From an uncultured Actinomycetota bacterium (GTDB lineage Bacteria > Actinomycetota > Acidimicrobiia > Acidimicrobiales > Bog-793): a stretch of 64,000 nucleotides of DNA. The translations under genes were made by a program, and so were the position numbers. The notes below the pieces were generated by a model that searched no databases, had not been told where the DNA came from, and was given only the letters and a program-made list of their open reading frames with translations. The stretch lies in the NCBI GenBank assembly GCA_963747085.1, contig CAVVDX010000002.1:1756655-1820654 (forward strand), in the 5' to 3' direction. Shown piece by piece: positions 32,031-40,783 of this stretch (position 1 is the first letter of the stretch; the number at the start of each line of letters is the position of its first letter).

Positions 32031-32747
32031 CCGCCTCCTCGAGCGAGGACTCCCCGGCGCTGGGCGTGGTCGAGTCGGCGCTGTCGGCTCGCCACGACCG
32101 CTCCAAGCTCACCGACTGGGTGGCCGACCAGCTGCGGGCGGCGATCATCGACCTCCGGCTTCCGCCGGGCGAGCCGCTGCGCGAGGCGGCGCTCACACAG
32201 AGCCTCGGGGTGAGCAAGACGCCGGTGCGCGAGGCGCTCACCCGCCTCGAGCACGAGGGCCTGGTCGAGGTGACCTCGTTCAAGGGCGCGGTCGTCTCGA
32301 GCTACACCCAGCACGACCTCGTCGAGCTGTGGGAGCTGTGCGAGCTGCTCGAGACCTGGGCGGTGCGCAAGACGGCGGTCTCGATGAGCGACGAGGAGCT
32401 GGCGCGCCTCGACGAGCTGAACGCGGACAGCGAGCGGCTGCGCGCCGAGAACCGTCTCACCGAGCTGCAGGCCGTCATCGAGGAGTTCGACGCACTGTTG
32501 TTCGAGCCGGTCAGCAATCGCCGCATCTCGGCGCTGATCGACAACGTGCACGCGCACGTCGTGCGCATCGGGCGCCTCGCCGAGGCGATCCCGAAGCTGC
32601 TCGAGAGGTCCGTCGACCAGCACGTCGCGATCGTCGAGGCCTTGCGCCTGCCGCGATCCCGACGCCGCGGCTGCCGCGATGGCGCTGCACATCGCCAGCG
32701 TGCGCGAGGAGCAGCTGGTGCACCTGAACGAGGAGACCCGCAATTGA
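32027..32747 (+). pseudogene. GntR/FadR-family transcriptional regulator, one +1 frame switch near 32650
   Basis: GTGA overlap. The HTH is LREAALTQSLGVSKTPVREALTRLEHEGLV. After VEALRL the expected FCD end RDPDAAAAAMALHIASVREEQLVHLNEETRN-stop is in the +1 frame. The span is 721 nt, which is 3n+1. Confidence 0.85.
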
Positions 32748-33400
32748 CCGTCTCGGCACGGCTGCACGAGCTCGGGCGGGCCGGCTGGCAGCGCGCCCTC
32801 ACCCACCCGATGGTGCAGGAGATCGCCGCGGGCACGCTCCCCCACGACCGCTTCCGTCACTACTTCGAGCAGAACCTCGCGTATCTCGAGGAGTACGCCC
32901 GGGCGATCGCCGCGATCACCGCCAAGGCGCCGGACCGCCAGGCGCTCGAGGTGCTGGCACGCGCCTTCGCGCAGATCGTCGACGTCGAGCTGCCGGCCAA
33001 CCGCGACTTCCTCGCCCGCCTCGGCGGCGACCCCGGCGCCGAGCGCAGCGTCGTGACGATGGAACCGACCACGCTCGCGTACAGTCGCCACGTGCTGGCC
33101 ACCTGCGCCCTCAGTGACTGCGCAACGGGGCTGGCGGCGATCCTCCCCTGCCAGTGGAGCTATGGCGACATCGGCGAGCAGATCGCCGGCGCACGCCCGG
33201 CCGATCCGGTCTACGCCGACTGGATCGCCGTGTTCGCCAAGCCGGAGTATGCCGGCCTCGTCGCCGAGTCGACCGCCCTGCTCGACCGGCTGGCCGATCC
33301 GTCCGAGGCGAGCTTTGCCCGCTTGCGGGCGATCTTCGACGCCTCGACCCGCTTCGAGGTCGCCTTCTGGGACATGTCCTACGAGCCGCCTCCGGGCTGA
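32744..33400 (+). CDS. TenA/thiaminase-II family (haem-oxygenase-like fold) protein
   Basis: TTG start in a TTGA overlap with the GntR stop. HPMVQEIAAGTLPHDRFRHYFEQNLAYLEEYAR, LPCQWSYGDIG and TRFEVAFWDMSY. Intact, 218 aa. Confidence 0.8.
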   Translation: MTVSARLHELGRAGWQRALTHPMVQEIAAGTLPHDRFRHYFEQNLAYLEEYARAIAAITAKAPDRQALEVLARAFAQIVDVELPANRDFLARLGGDPGAERSVVTMEPTTLAYSRHVLATCALSDCATGLAAILPCQWSYGDIGEQIAGARPADPVYADWIAVFAKPEYAGLVAESTALLDRLADPSEASFARLRAIFDASTRFEVAFWDMSYEPPPG

Positions 33401-33452
33401 GCTGCGCTGGCAAGCGGCCCGGACTCCTGCCGGCGCCGCGTCGCCCGCCCGA

Positions 33453-33484
33453 CGCCCCCACGCCCCGACGCCCCGACGCCCCGA
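33453..33484. repeat. 8-bp microsatellite (cgccccga x3 plus one degenerate unit)
   Basis: Direct reading of 33453-33484, in the 186-bp gap between TenA and the next amidohydrolase gene. Confidence 0.7.
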
Positions 33485-33586
33485 CGAAAGGTTGCCGATG
33501 ATGTGCAGCGACCCACCGATCGCAACCGTGCGCACCCCGCCGCGCGCCGCTGCCCGCGAACGCCTCGCGCTCGCCGGTCTCGAGTC

Positions 33587-34999
33587 GTGAGCGACGCGCC
33601 GGCGGGCCGTCGCCTGCGTATCGAGCACGGGATCGTCGTCACCCTCGACGACGCCGACAGCGTGATCCTCGACGGGACGGTGCTGATCGAGGGCGGCCGC
33701 ATCGCCTACGTCGGCCCGGCGGCTGGCGCCCCGGTAGCGGGGGGCGCCCCGGCGGCGAGCGGCCCGGGAGGGGGCGCCCCGGCGGCGGGCGCCCCGGCCG
33801 GCGAGGAGGTGATCGACGCCAGCGGGATGGCGGTGCTCCCGGGGCTCGTCGACCTGCACTACCACACCGCGATCGGTAAGGGCTGGAGCGACCACCTGCC
33901 GCTGTGGGAGTACCTCGACAGCTTCTGGTACCCGGCGATCCGGGCCCTCGACGACGACGACGCCTACTGGGCCGCGCTGGCGAGCTACGCGGAGTCGATC
34001 CGCTGCGGCGTGACGACGGTGAACGACATGTACCGCCGCCTCGAGGCGCTCGCCACCGCGGCGGAGGAGATCGGCATCCGCGCCGTGCTCTCCAACGACA
34101 TCGCCGACCCCGAGCACGGCCTCGACACCCTCGACGACACCCGGCGCGCCTATGCCGCCAAGCATCTGGCCGCCAACGGCCGGATCGAGATCGCCGTCGG
34201 CATCGAGTGGCTGCCGCTGGCGAGCGAGGAGCTGCTTCGCGAGTCGCGTGCGGTCGCCGACGAGCTCGGGATCAAGTTCCACATCCACCTCAACGAGTCG
34301 ATGACCGAGGTGGAGAACTCGATGGAGCGCTTCGGCCGGCGCCCGACCGAGGTCGCCTACGACTGCGGCGTGCTCGGCTCCGATTGCGTTGCCGCGCACT
34401 GCGTGTGGCTGAGCGACCGGGAGATCGGCCTGATGGCCGAGACCGGGACGAACATCTCGCACAACCCGGGCTCCAACGCCAAGCTCGCCAACGGCGTGGC
34501 GCGCCTGCCGGAGATGCTCGCGGCGGGGATCAACGTCGGCCTCGGCCACGACGCAGCGGAGTGCAACAACTCCCGCGACCTCTTCGAGGCAGTCAAGCTG
34601 GCCTCGATCATCCACCGCGCCGTGCGCCAGGACGCCAGCCTCGGCCAGCCCCGCGACATGTTGCGCATGGCGACACGCAACGGCAACCGCGCCCTTGGTC
34701 ACCACGGCGGCCGCCTCGAGGCCGGCTACAACGCCGACGTGATCCTCGTCGACCTGTCCGGCCCGATGTTCGTGCCGCTCGTCCCCGAGCATCCCGAGCA
34801 GCTGTACTCCCACCTCGTGTTCGCCGCCAACGGCAGCGCCGTCGACACGACGATCGTCGACGGGGCGGTCGTGATGCGCGGGCGCAAGCTGCTCACGATC
34901 GAGGAGGACCTGGTCTGCGCCAAGGCGAACGAGGCCTTCCGTGCCGTGCTCGAGCGCATGGTCGTCCCCGAGCAGATCGGCCCGGACGCGCACCGATGA
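33587..34999 (+). CDS. amidohydrolase (aminohydrolase/chlorohydrolase family), paralogue 1
   Basis: Starts at GTG 33587. Motifs PGLVDLHYHT, HIHLNES, AAHCVW and GLGHDA. Intact. There is an Ala/Gly/Pro-rich insert after IAYVGPAAGA. Confidence 0.9.
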   Translation: MSDAPAGRRLRIEHGIVVTLDDADSVILDGTVLIEGGRIAYVGPAAGAPVAGGAPAASGPGGGAPAAGAPAGEEVIDASGMAVLPGLVDLHYHTAIGKGWSDHLPLWEYLDSFWYPAIRALDDDDAYWAALASYAESIRCGVTTVNDMYRRLEALATAAEEIGIRAVLSNDIADPEHGLDTLDDTRRAYAAKHLAANGRIEIAVGIEWLPLASEELLRESRAVADELGIKFHIHLNESMTEVENSMERFGRRPTEVAYDCGVLGSDCVAAHCVWLSDREIGLMAETGTNISHNPGSNAKLANGVARLPEMLAAGINVGLGHDAAECNNSRDLFEAVKLASIIHRAVRQDASLGQPRDMLRMATRNGNRALGHHGGRLEAGYNADVILVDLSGPMFVPLVPEHPEQLYSHLVFAANGSAVDTTIVDGAVVMRGRKLLTIEEDLVCAKANEAFRAVLERMVVPEQIGPDAHR

Positions 35000-36395
35000 C
35001 CGGCCTGCCGAGCCGCCTGCGCGTCGAGCACGGCACCGTCGTCACCCTCGACGACGCCGACACCGTCATCCCCGATGGGACGGTCGTGATCGAGGGTGAC
35101 CGCATCGCCTACGTCGGGCCGGCGGCGGGTGCCCCGCCCGGGCCGGGGGCGGGCGCCCCCTCGGCGGGGGCGCGGGCGACGGGTCGCCGGCAGACGGCGG
35201 CGAGCAGGTGATCGACGCTGCGGGGATGGCCGTGCTGCCGGGCCTCGTCGACCTGCACTACCACACCTCGCTCGGCCGGGGCTGGAGCGATCACCTGCCG
35301 CTCTGGGAGTCGCTCGAATTCTTCTGGTACCCGATGATCCGCGCCCTCGACGACGACGCCGCCTACTGGGCGGCGCTGGCCAGCTACGCCGAGTCGATCC
35401 GCTGCGGGGTGACGACGGTCAACGACATGTACCGCCGCCTGGAAGCTCTCGCCACCGCAGCCGGGGAGATCGGCATCCGCGCCGTGCTCTCCAACGACAT
35501 CGCCGATCCCGAGCACGGCCTCGACACCCTCGACGACACGCGCCGGGCGCACGCCGCCAAGCACCTCGCCGGAAACGGGCGGATCGAGATCGCCGTCGGC
35601 ATCGAGTGGCTGCCGCTGGCGAGCGAGGAGCTGCTGAGCGAGTCCAGGGCGCTCGCCGACGAACTCGGGCTCAAGTTCCACATCCACTTGAACGAGTCGA
35701 TGACCGAGGTGGAGAACTCGCTGCAGCGCTTCGGCCGCCGGCCGACCGAGGTCGCCTACGACTGCGGCGTGCTCGGTCCGGACTGCGTCGCCGCGCACTG
35801 CGTGTGGCTCGACGACCGGGAGATCGGCCTGATGGCCGAGACGGGGACTCACGTCGCGCACAGCCCGTTCTCCAACGCCAAGCTGGCCAACGGCGTCGCC
35901 CGCCTGCCGGAGATCCTCGCGGCAGGTGTCAACGTCGGGATCGGCCACGACACCGCCGAATCGAGCACGCGTGACCTGTTCTTCGTGATGAAGCTGGCAT
36001 CGGTGATCCACCGCGCCGTGCGCCAGGACGCGAGCCTCGGGCAACCCGGCGACGTGTTGCGCATGGCGACCCGCAACGGCAACCGCGCCCTCGGTCACCA
36101 CGGCGGCCGCCTGGAAGCCGGCAATACGGCCGACGTGATCCTGGTGAACCTCGAGGGCCCGATGTTCGTGCCGCTCGTCCCCGGGCACCCCGAGCAGCTG
36201 TACTCCCACCTCGTCTTCGCCGCCAACGGGAGCGCCGTGGACACGACGATCGTCGACGGCCACGTGCTGATGCGTGGGCGCAAGCTCACCACGATCGACG
36301 AGGAGCTCGTCTGCGCCCGGGCGAACGAGGCCTTCCGCGCCGTGCTCGAGCGGATGGTCGTCCCCGAGCGCTCGAGTCGCGAGCCGTTGGGCTGA
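34996..36395 (+). pseudogene. amidohydrolase, tandem paralogue 2, one -1 frame switch in the low-complexity insert (about 35160-35200)
   Basis: ATGA overlap with paralogue 1. MTGLPSRLRVEHGTVVTLDDADTVIPDGTVVIEGDRIAYVGPAAGA... is in one frame. GEQVIDAAGMAVLPGLVDLHYHT...HIHLNES...-stop is in the next. By eye it is more than 80 % identical to paralogue 1. Confidence 0.85.
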
Positions 36396-36396
36396 C

Positions 36397-37446
36397 GTGC
36401 AGATCGACGCCCACACCCATCTGCTCAGCCTCTCGGCGGACCGCTCGTTCACCACCGCCTACGGCCGCGAGGGGTCGCTGTGCATCTACCGCAGCCGTGG
36501 CCTGCTCCCGAGCCATCGCCTCCCGACCGACGCCGAGTGGGAGGAGGTGGGCTTCCACCACGACGGCTTCCCCGTCACCGGACCGGAGGAGTCGATCCGC
36601 GACCACCCCGGCTTCGACAAGATCGTCATCCTCGCCGTCTCGCCGCAGTTCCTCGAGGGGCAGCTGATCGGCACGGTCGACACCGACGGCGTCACCGACG
36701 TGCCCGGGCCGCCGCACCCCGAGAAGTGCAACGACTACATCGCCGCGGTCGTGCGGGCCAACCCGGACCGATTCATCGGCTTCGGCTCGGTCAACCCCTG
36801 CTACCGCGGGGTTCGCTGGGCGGTCGAGGAGCTGGAGCGCTCGGTGGTCGAGCTCGGCCTCTCGGGCGTCAAGCTCTACCCGATGTACCAGCACTGGGCG
36901 CCGAACGACCGCGCGCTCGGTTTCCCCCTCTTCGCCAAGGCCGACGAGCTCGGCATCCCGGTGATGGTGCACCAGGCGGGCTCGACGCGCATCGACGCGC
37001 GCATGGAGCTCGGCCGTCCGGCGCTGCTCGACGACATCGGGCGGGAATTCCGCAACGTGCGCCTGATCATCGCCCACTGCGGCATCCCCTGGGTGAGCGA
37101 GGCGATGTTCGTGCTCACCAAGCACCCAAACTTCTACGCCGACCTCTCGTACCACATCGCCACCGTGACCCGCGGCGAGCTCATGCGCTGGCTCTCGTCG
37201 CTTGGCACCTACTTCGTCCCGCTCGAGAAGCTCTTCTTCGGCACCGACTACCCGGGCTTCCTCTACGACCCCGTGGCGCTTCGCGAGAAGCTGCTCTCGG
37301 TCAACGACGAGGCCGAGCGCCAGGGCGTCGACCCGGTCGAGCAGTCACGTCTCGAGGCGATCATGGGGGACAACCTGGCATACGTGCTCGGGCTTTCCGA
37401 ACCGGCCCGTCCCGATCAGGCCACGACCACAGGAGGACCGTCATGA
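36397..37446 (+). CDS. amidohydrolase-2 family (TIM-barrel metal-dependent hydrolase/decarboxylase-like)
   Basis: GTG lies 1 nt after the upstream stop. Motifs QIDAHTHL, IIAHCGIPW and FGTDYP. Intact. Confidence 0.85.
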   Translation: MQIDAHTHLLSLSADRSFTTAYGREGSLCIYRSRGLLPSHRLPTDAEWEEVGFHHDGFPVTGPEESIRDHPGFDKIVILAVSPQFLEGQLIGTVDTDGVTDVPGPPHPEKCNDYIAAVVRANPDRFIGFGSVNPCYRGVRWAVEELERSVVELGLSGVKLYPMYQHWAPNDRALGFPLFAKADELGIPVMVHQAGSTRIDARMELGRPALLDDIGREFRNVRLIIAHCGIPWVSEAMFVLTKHPNFYADLSYHIATVTRGELMRWLSSLGTYFVPLEKLFFGTDYPGFLYDPVALREKLLSVNDEAERQGVDPVEQSRLEAIMGDNLAYVLGLSEPARPDQATTTGGPS

Positions 37447-38462
37447 GGGCAGCCGTGCTGGAGTCCAAGGGCGAGCTGCAGGTGAGCGACTTCGACGAGG
37501 AGTCCCCCGCCGACTGGGCGATCGTCGAGACGCGCGCAGCGGGGATCTGCGGCACCGAGCTGCACCTGCTCGACGCGCTGTTCGAGCCGCCGAGCTACCC
37601 GTTCGTCATCGGCCACGAGGCCGCCGGCGTCGTCGTCGCCGCCCCGCAGTCGGGCGGCCTTGCGGAAGGCCAGCGCGTCGCCATCTACAACATGGTCGGC
37701 TGCGGTCACTGCAGCTGGTGTGAGAGCGGGAACCAGCAGATCTGCACCGACCCCGTCGGACAGCTGGGCTTCACGCTGCACGGCACGTTCCGTGACCGTG
37801 TTGCGGTGCCGGCGTCCAACCTGGTGCCCCTGCCGGACGTGGTCAGCTTCGAGACCGCCGCGCTGCTCAGCTGCGGCGGGATGACGGCCGTGCATGCCGC
37901 GCGCCTCGCCGGTGTCGGCCTCGGCGACACCGTCGTCGTCGACGGCGTGGGCGGCGTGGGCCTGATGGCCGTGCAGGTGGCGACCGCGGCGGGCGCGCGG
38001 GTGCTGGTGATCGCCGACTCGCAGGAGAAGGCGGCGCTGGCGAGCGGGGTCGGCGCCATCGGGACGATCGTGCTCGACGAGCGCGGCTACGAGGCGATCG
38101 CCGAGCGGGTCAAGGAGGCGACCGGCGGCGCCGGCGCCAGCCACTTCTTCGAGCTCGTCGGCACGGGCGCCTCGATGCTGGCGGGCATCCGCTGCCTGGC
38201 GCGGCGCGGCACGTTCGTCTCGATCGGCTACACCTCCGACACGATCGACGTGCACCCGGTCGAGCTGATCCTCTCGGAGATCCGCATCGTCTCCTCGGTC
38301 GCCGCGTCGCGGCGCGACCTCGTGACCGCGGTGCAGCTCGCTGCCGACGGCCGCCTGCAGACCGTGATCGACACCCGCTATCCGCTGGAGGAGGTCGCCG
38401 TCGGGCTCGAGCGCCTCCGTGCCCGGCAGGTGAAGGGGCGCAACGTGCTCGTCTGGGAGTGA
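37443..38462 (+). CDS. zinc-dependent alcohol dehydrogenase (MDR family)
   Basis: ATGA overlap. Motifs GICGTELH, GHEAAGVV, CGHCSWCESG and VDGVGGVGL. Intact. Confidence 0.9.
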   Translation: MRAAVLESKGELQVSDFDEESPADWAIVETRAAGICGTELHLLDALFEPPSYPFVIGHEAAGVVVAAPQSGGLAEGQRVAIYNMVGCGHCSWCESGNQQICTDPVGQLGFTLHGTFRDRVAVPASNLVPLPDVVSFETAALLSCGGMTAVHAARLAGVGLGDTVVVDGVGGVGLMAVQVATAAGARVLVIADSQEKAALASGVGAIGTIVLDERGYEAIAERVKEATGGAGASHFFELVGTGASMLAGIRCLARRGTFVSIGYTSDTIDVHPVELILSEIRIVSSVAASRRDLVTAVQLAADGRLQTVIDTRYPLEEVAVGLERLRARQVKGRNVLVWE

Positions 38463-38473
38463 CCCGGCGGGGC

Positions 38474-38573
38474 GACGCGATCGGCGGACGACGCGATCGG
38501 CGGACGACGCGATCGGCGGACGACGCGATCGGCGGACGACGCGATCGGCGTACGACGCGATCGATCGGCGGAC
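38474..38573. repeat. 16-bp tandem repeat, about 6 copies (gacgcgatcggcggac)
   Basis: Four identical units, a fifth with a g-to-t change and a sixth with a 4-bp cgat insertion. Each unit contains the palindrome cgatcg. The array lies between the ADH stop (38462) and the Uma2 start (38598). Confidence 0.9.
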
Positions 38574-38597
38574 GGGAGCGAGCAGCCGGCTCGTACG

Positions 38598-39180
38598 ATG
38601 AGGGCGATGGCCGCACCGATCCGCCACCATCGCTTCAGTCTCGAGGACTACCACCGCCTGGCCGACGCCGGGGCCCTCCGCGAGGACGACCGCGTCGAGT
38701 TGATCCGAGGCCGGATGATCGAGATGAACCCATCGGGCCACGCCACGCGGAGTGCCTCCGTCAGCTGGCGGGCGCGCTCACCGGCGCCGTCGGCGACCGG
38801 GCCGTCGTGGCGGTGCAGGACCGGATGCGTCTCGCCGACTCCGTGCCACAGCCCGACCCGATGCTGCTGCGCCGGCGTCCGGGCGGGTACTGGGACGCTC
38901 ACCCGGGGCCGGAGGACGCGTTCCTCGTGGCCGAGGTGGCCGAGACGAGCGCCGCCTACGACCGCCAGGTCAAGCTCCCGCTGTACGCCGAGGCCGGCGC
39001 TGCGGAGGCCTGGCTCGTCGGGTTGGCGCGGCGTCGTGTCGAGGTTCACCGGTCGCCCGCCCAGGGCCGTTACCGCGAGGTGACCCTCGCCGGCCGGCGC
39101 GACCGCTCACGCCGGCGGCGTTTCCCGGCGCCGTGATCGAGGTGGCCGCGCTGCTGCTGCGATCTCTCGGCGGTCGGTAG
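38598..39180 (+). pseudogene. Uma2-family (DUF820) putative endonuclease, 2 frame switches
   Basis: The pieces are FSLEDYHRLADAGALREDDRVELIRGRMIEMNP, then IGPRHAECLRQLAGAL...QPDPMLL...AFLVAEVAETSAAYDRQVKLPLYAEAGAAEAWLV, then LTPAAFPGAVIEVAALL...-stop. The switches lie at about 38735 and about 39105. Confidence 0.7.
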
Positions 39181-39205
39181 CGGCAGTTGCGCGACCGGCC
39201 CGGCC

Positions 39206-39724
39206 TCAGGGCCAGCGGATCGACGCGACGAGCTCGGCCGTGAGGGCACCGAGCACGCCGCTCCGCTCGATCTCGCCGTAGCGACCCGACTCGAGCCGCA
39301 GGCAGGTGAGACGGCGAACGGAGGGGTCGACGATCAGCACCTCGACCACGCCGCGGGCGGCATAGAAAGGCAGCTTGTCGTAGCTCTCGTCTCCCGGCGA
39401 GAGGATCTCCACGACCACCTCGGCGCTCGGAAGGAAGACGAGCTGCGGATCGGGGTCGCGGTGGTAGCCGATGTCGGGGACGCGGAAGTCACCGGCCTCC
39501 CCCAGATTGAACGGCCCGCTCGCACGTAGGCCGGCGGCGTCGGCGAAGGGCCGAAGGACGCGCAGGAGCTCGGGCTCCACGAGCGCGTGCGGCACCCCAG
39601 GTGCGGGAACCATGTGATAGACGCCCTCCCACAGCTCGTCGTAACGATCGAGACCGAGCAGCCGGCGCTGCGCGATGAGCTGGGTGACCTCCGTGGGGAG
39701 CGGGTCGAGGACGACGGTCTTCAC
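39206..39724 (-). CDS. Uma2-family (DUF820) putative endonuclease
   Basis: 172 aa from GTG 39722-39724. FRVPDIGY, AEVVVEILSPGDESYDKLPFYAARGVVEVLIVDP. Intact. Confidence 0.8.
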   Translation of the reverse strand: MKTVVLDPLPTEVTQLIAQRRLLGLDRYDELWEGVYHMVPAPGVPHALVEPELLRVLRPFADAAGLRASGPFNLGEAGDFRVPDIGYHRDPDPQLVFLPSAEVVVEILSPGDESYDKLPFYAARGVVEVLIVDPSVRRLTCLRLESGRYGEIERSGVLGALTAELVASIRWP

Positions 39725-39746
39725 CGGTTCGGAGCGTACCTGCGGA

Positions 39747-40322
39747 GTGCTCGGCGACGTACTGACCGGTGCAGACGCATTGGAGGAGCGGCCGCCATGC
39801 GAGCTGCGCGTCGTGTACGAGGCGACCACGCTCGGAGGTGTCGGGCTGATCGAGGTGCTCTGCGTCGGGCCGCGGTCGGACTCCGAGGTTGACGATATGG
39901 CTCTTGCTGCTGTGCGATCCGGACAGCTTGCCGCGAGCGAGGAGACCCAGCTGTTCGAGGCGCTTGCTCTCCTCGACGTCGTCGAGCAGGTCGGGCTCGA
40001 TGGCTGGGACTTCCGGCCGACCCCTGCACCGGAAGGGATGCGTCGGGCGGCGGTGGCTGCCGGCTTGCCCGACACAGCGACGGCGGGGTTGCTCGGCAAG
40101 GACGAGATCGAGGCTGCGATGGCGCAGGGCTGGGGACCCGACGGCACCGATCCCGCCCGCGCCCTCAACGCCGCGCTGCGACGCGCCCGCGCGAGCGCCG
40201 ACTTCGACTCCCGTCAGGTGCTCGAAGGGCGCGCCGAGGACCGTTGCGGCGTCGAGATGGCGCCGGCGCGGTCGGGCTGTGTCCGCCGGGCGGCGCACCC
40301 GGGACCGCATCGCGCGCGGTAA
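39747..40322 (+). CDS. hypothetical protein with a RelE/ParE-toxin-like core segment (possibly 5-prime truncated)
   Basis: ELRVVYEATTLGGVGLIEVLCVGPRSDSEV resembles the yRviY...v.Vl.vghRs core of RelE/ParE toxins. Only about 20 codons precede it and a 130-aa unrelated tail follows. The start and end are uncertain, and the gap to the divergent Uma2 start is only about 22 bp. Confidence 0.35.
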   Translation: MLGDVLTGADALEERPPCELRVVYEATTLGGVGLIEVLCVGPRSDSEVDDMALAAVRSGQLAASEETQLFEALALLDVVEQVGLDGWDFRPTPAPEGMRRAAVAAGLPDTATAGLLGKDEIEAAMAQGWGPDGTDPARALNAALRRARASADFDSRQVLEGRAEDRCGVEMAPARSGCVRRAAHPGPHRAR

Positions 40323-40520
40323 CGCTCCTGGCGGCGCGTTCCTTCGCGCGGGCTGGGTCAAGCAGCTCGCACCGGCACGCGAGGCGCGGGCTCGAAGAGG
40401 CGTGCCTGCTCGGGCGCCCGTCCGGTGGCCCGCGACGGCGGCGGCGGAGCGACCCGACCGCGCTGCCTCACAGCGCTGCGGCCCGAGCGGCGCCCTCGTG
40501 CCGTGTGGTAAGCCGAGCCA

Positions 40521-40783
40521 CCGGCGAGCCGATCACGGGCGAGGTTTCCCGCAACCACGCCGGCCACGGCACGCACGTTCTGCGGCATCGCCTGGCCGCG
40601 GCGCTCCTTGTCCAACAGGTGCTCGAGCGCGCACGTCGCCGCGTCGAACGCCGCCTCGTGCTCGCCGAGCACCTGCCGAGCGGCGCGGTAGGCGAGCTCG
40701 AGCAGGTCGCACCACTCGTCGTTCTCCAGGATCCATGCCACGGTGACGACGGTACCGAGAGGGTGTATCTCTCCATACTTGAC
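40521..40783 (-). pseudogene. sigma-70 region-2-like fragment
   Basis: DLLELAYRAARQVLGEHEAAFDAATCALEHLLDKERRGQAMPQNVRAVAGVVAGNLARDRL has the spacing of ECF sigma region 2. I found no in-frame start codon and no region 4 in any frame. Confidence 0.3.

Noticed and set aside
31619-33400. 593-aa ORF read as one protein
   Set aside because: It joins the first 24 codons of the epimerase, an out-of-frame stretch, the GntR regulator and TenA. GTGA and TTGA start-stop overlaps and family boundaries show three separate genes. Likewise, 8316..9686 joins GntR with an out-of-frame FN3 remnant, and 14141..16945 adds 334 spurious codons ahead of the dehydratase ATG and RBS.
30989-34993. 1334-aa minus-strand ORF, the longest in the track
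   Set aside because: It is antisense to six well-supported plus-strand genes (LLM, epimerase, GntR, TenA and amidohydrolase). Its translation is Arg/Gly/Asp/Ala-rich with no motif. Long antisense open frames are expected at this GC content. The same reasoning applies to 11629..13650(-), 14840..16588(-), 27036..29006(-), 35109..36455(-), 37416..38741(-) and 43514..44842(-).
38474-38573. CRISPR array
   Set aside because: The 16-bp units abut each other with no spacers, the unit is far shorter than CRISPR repeats, and no cas genes are nearby.
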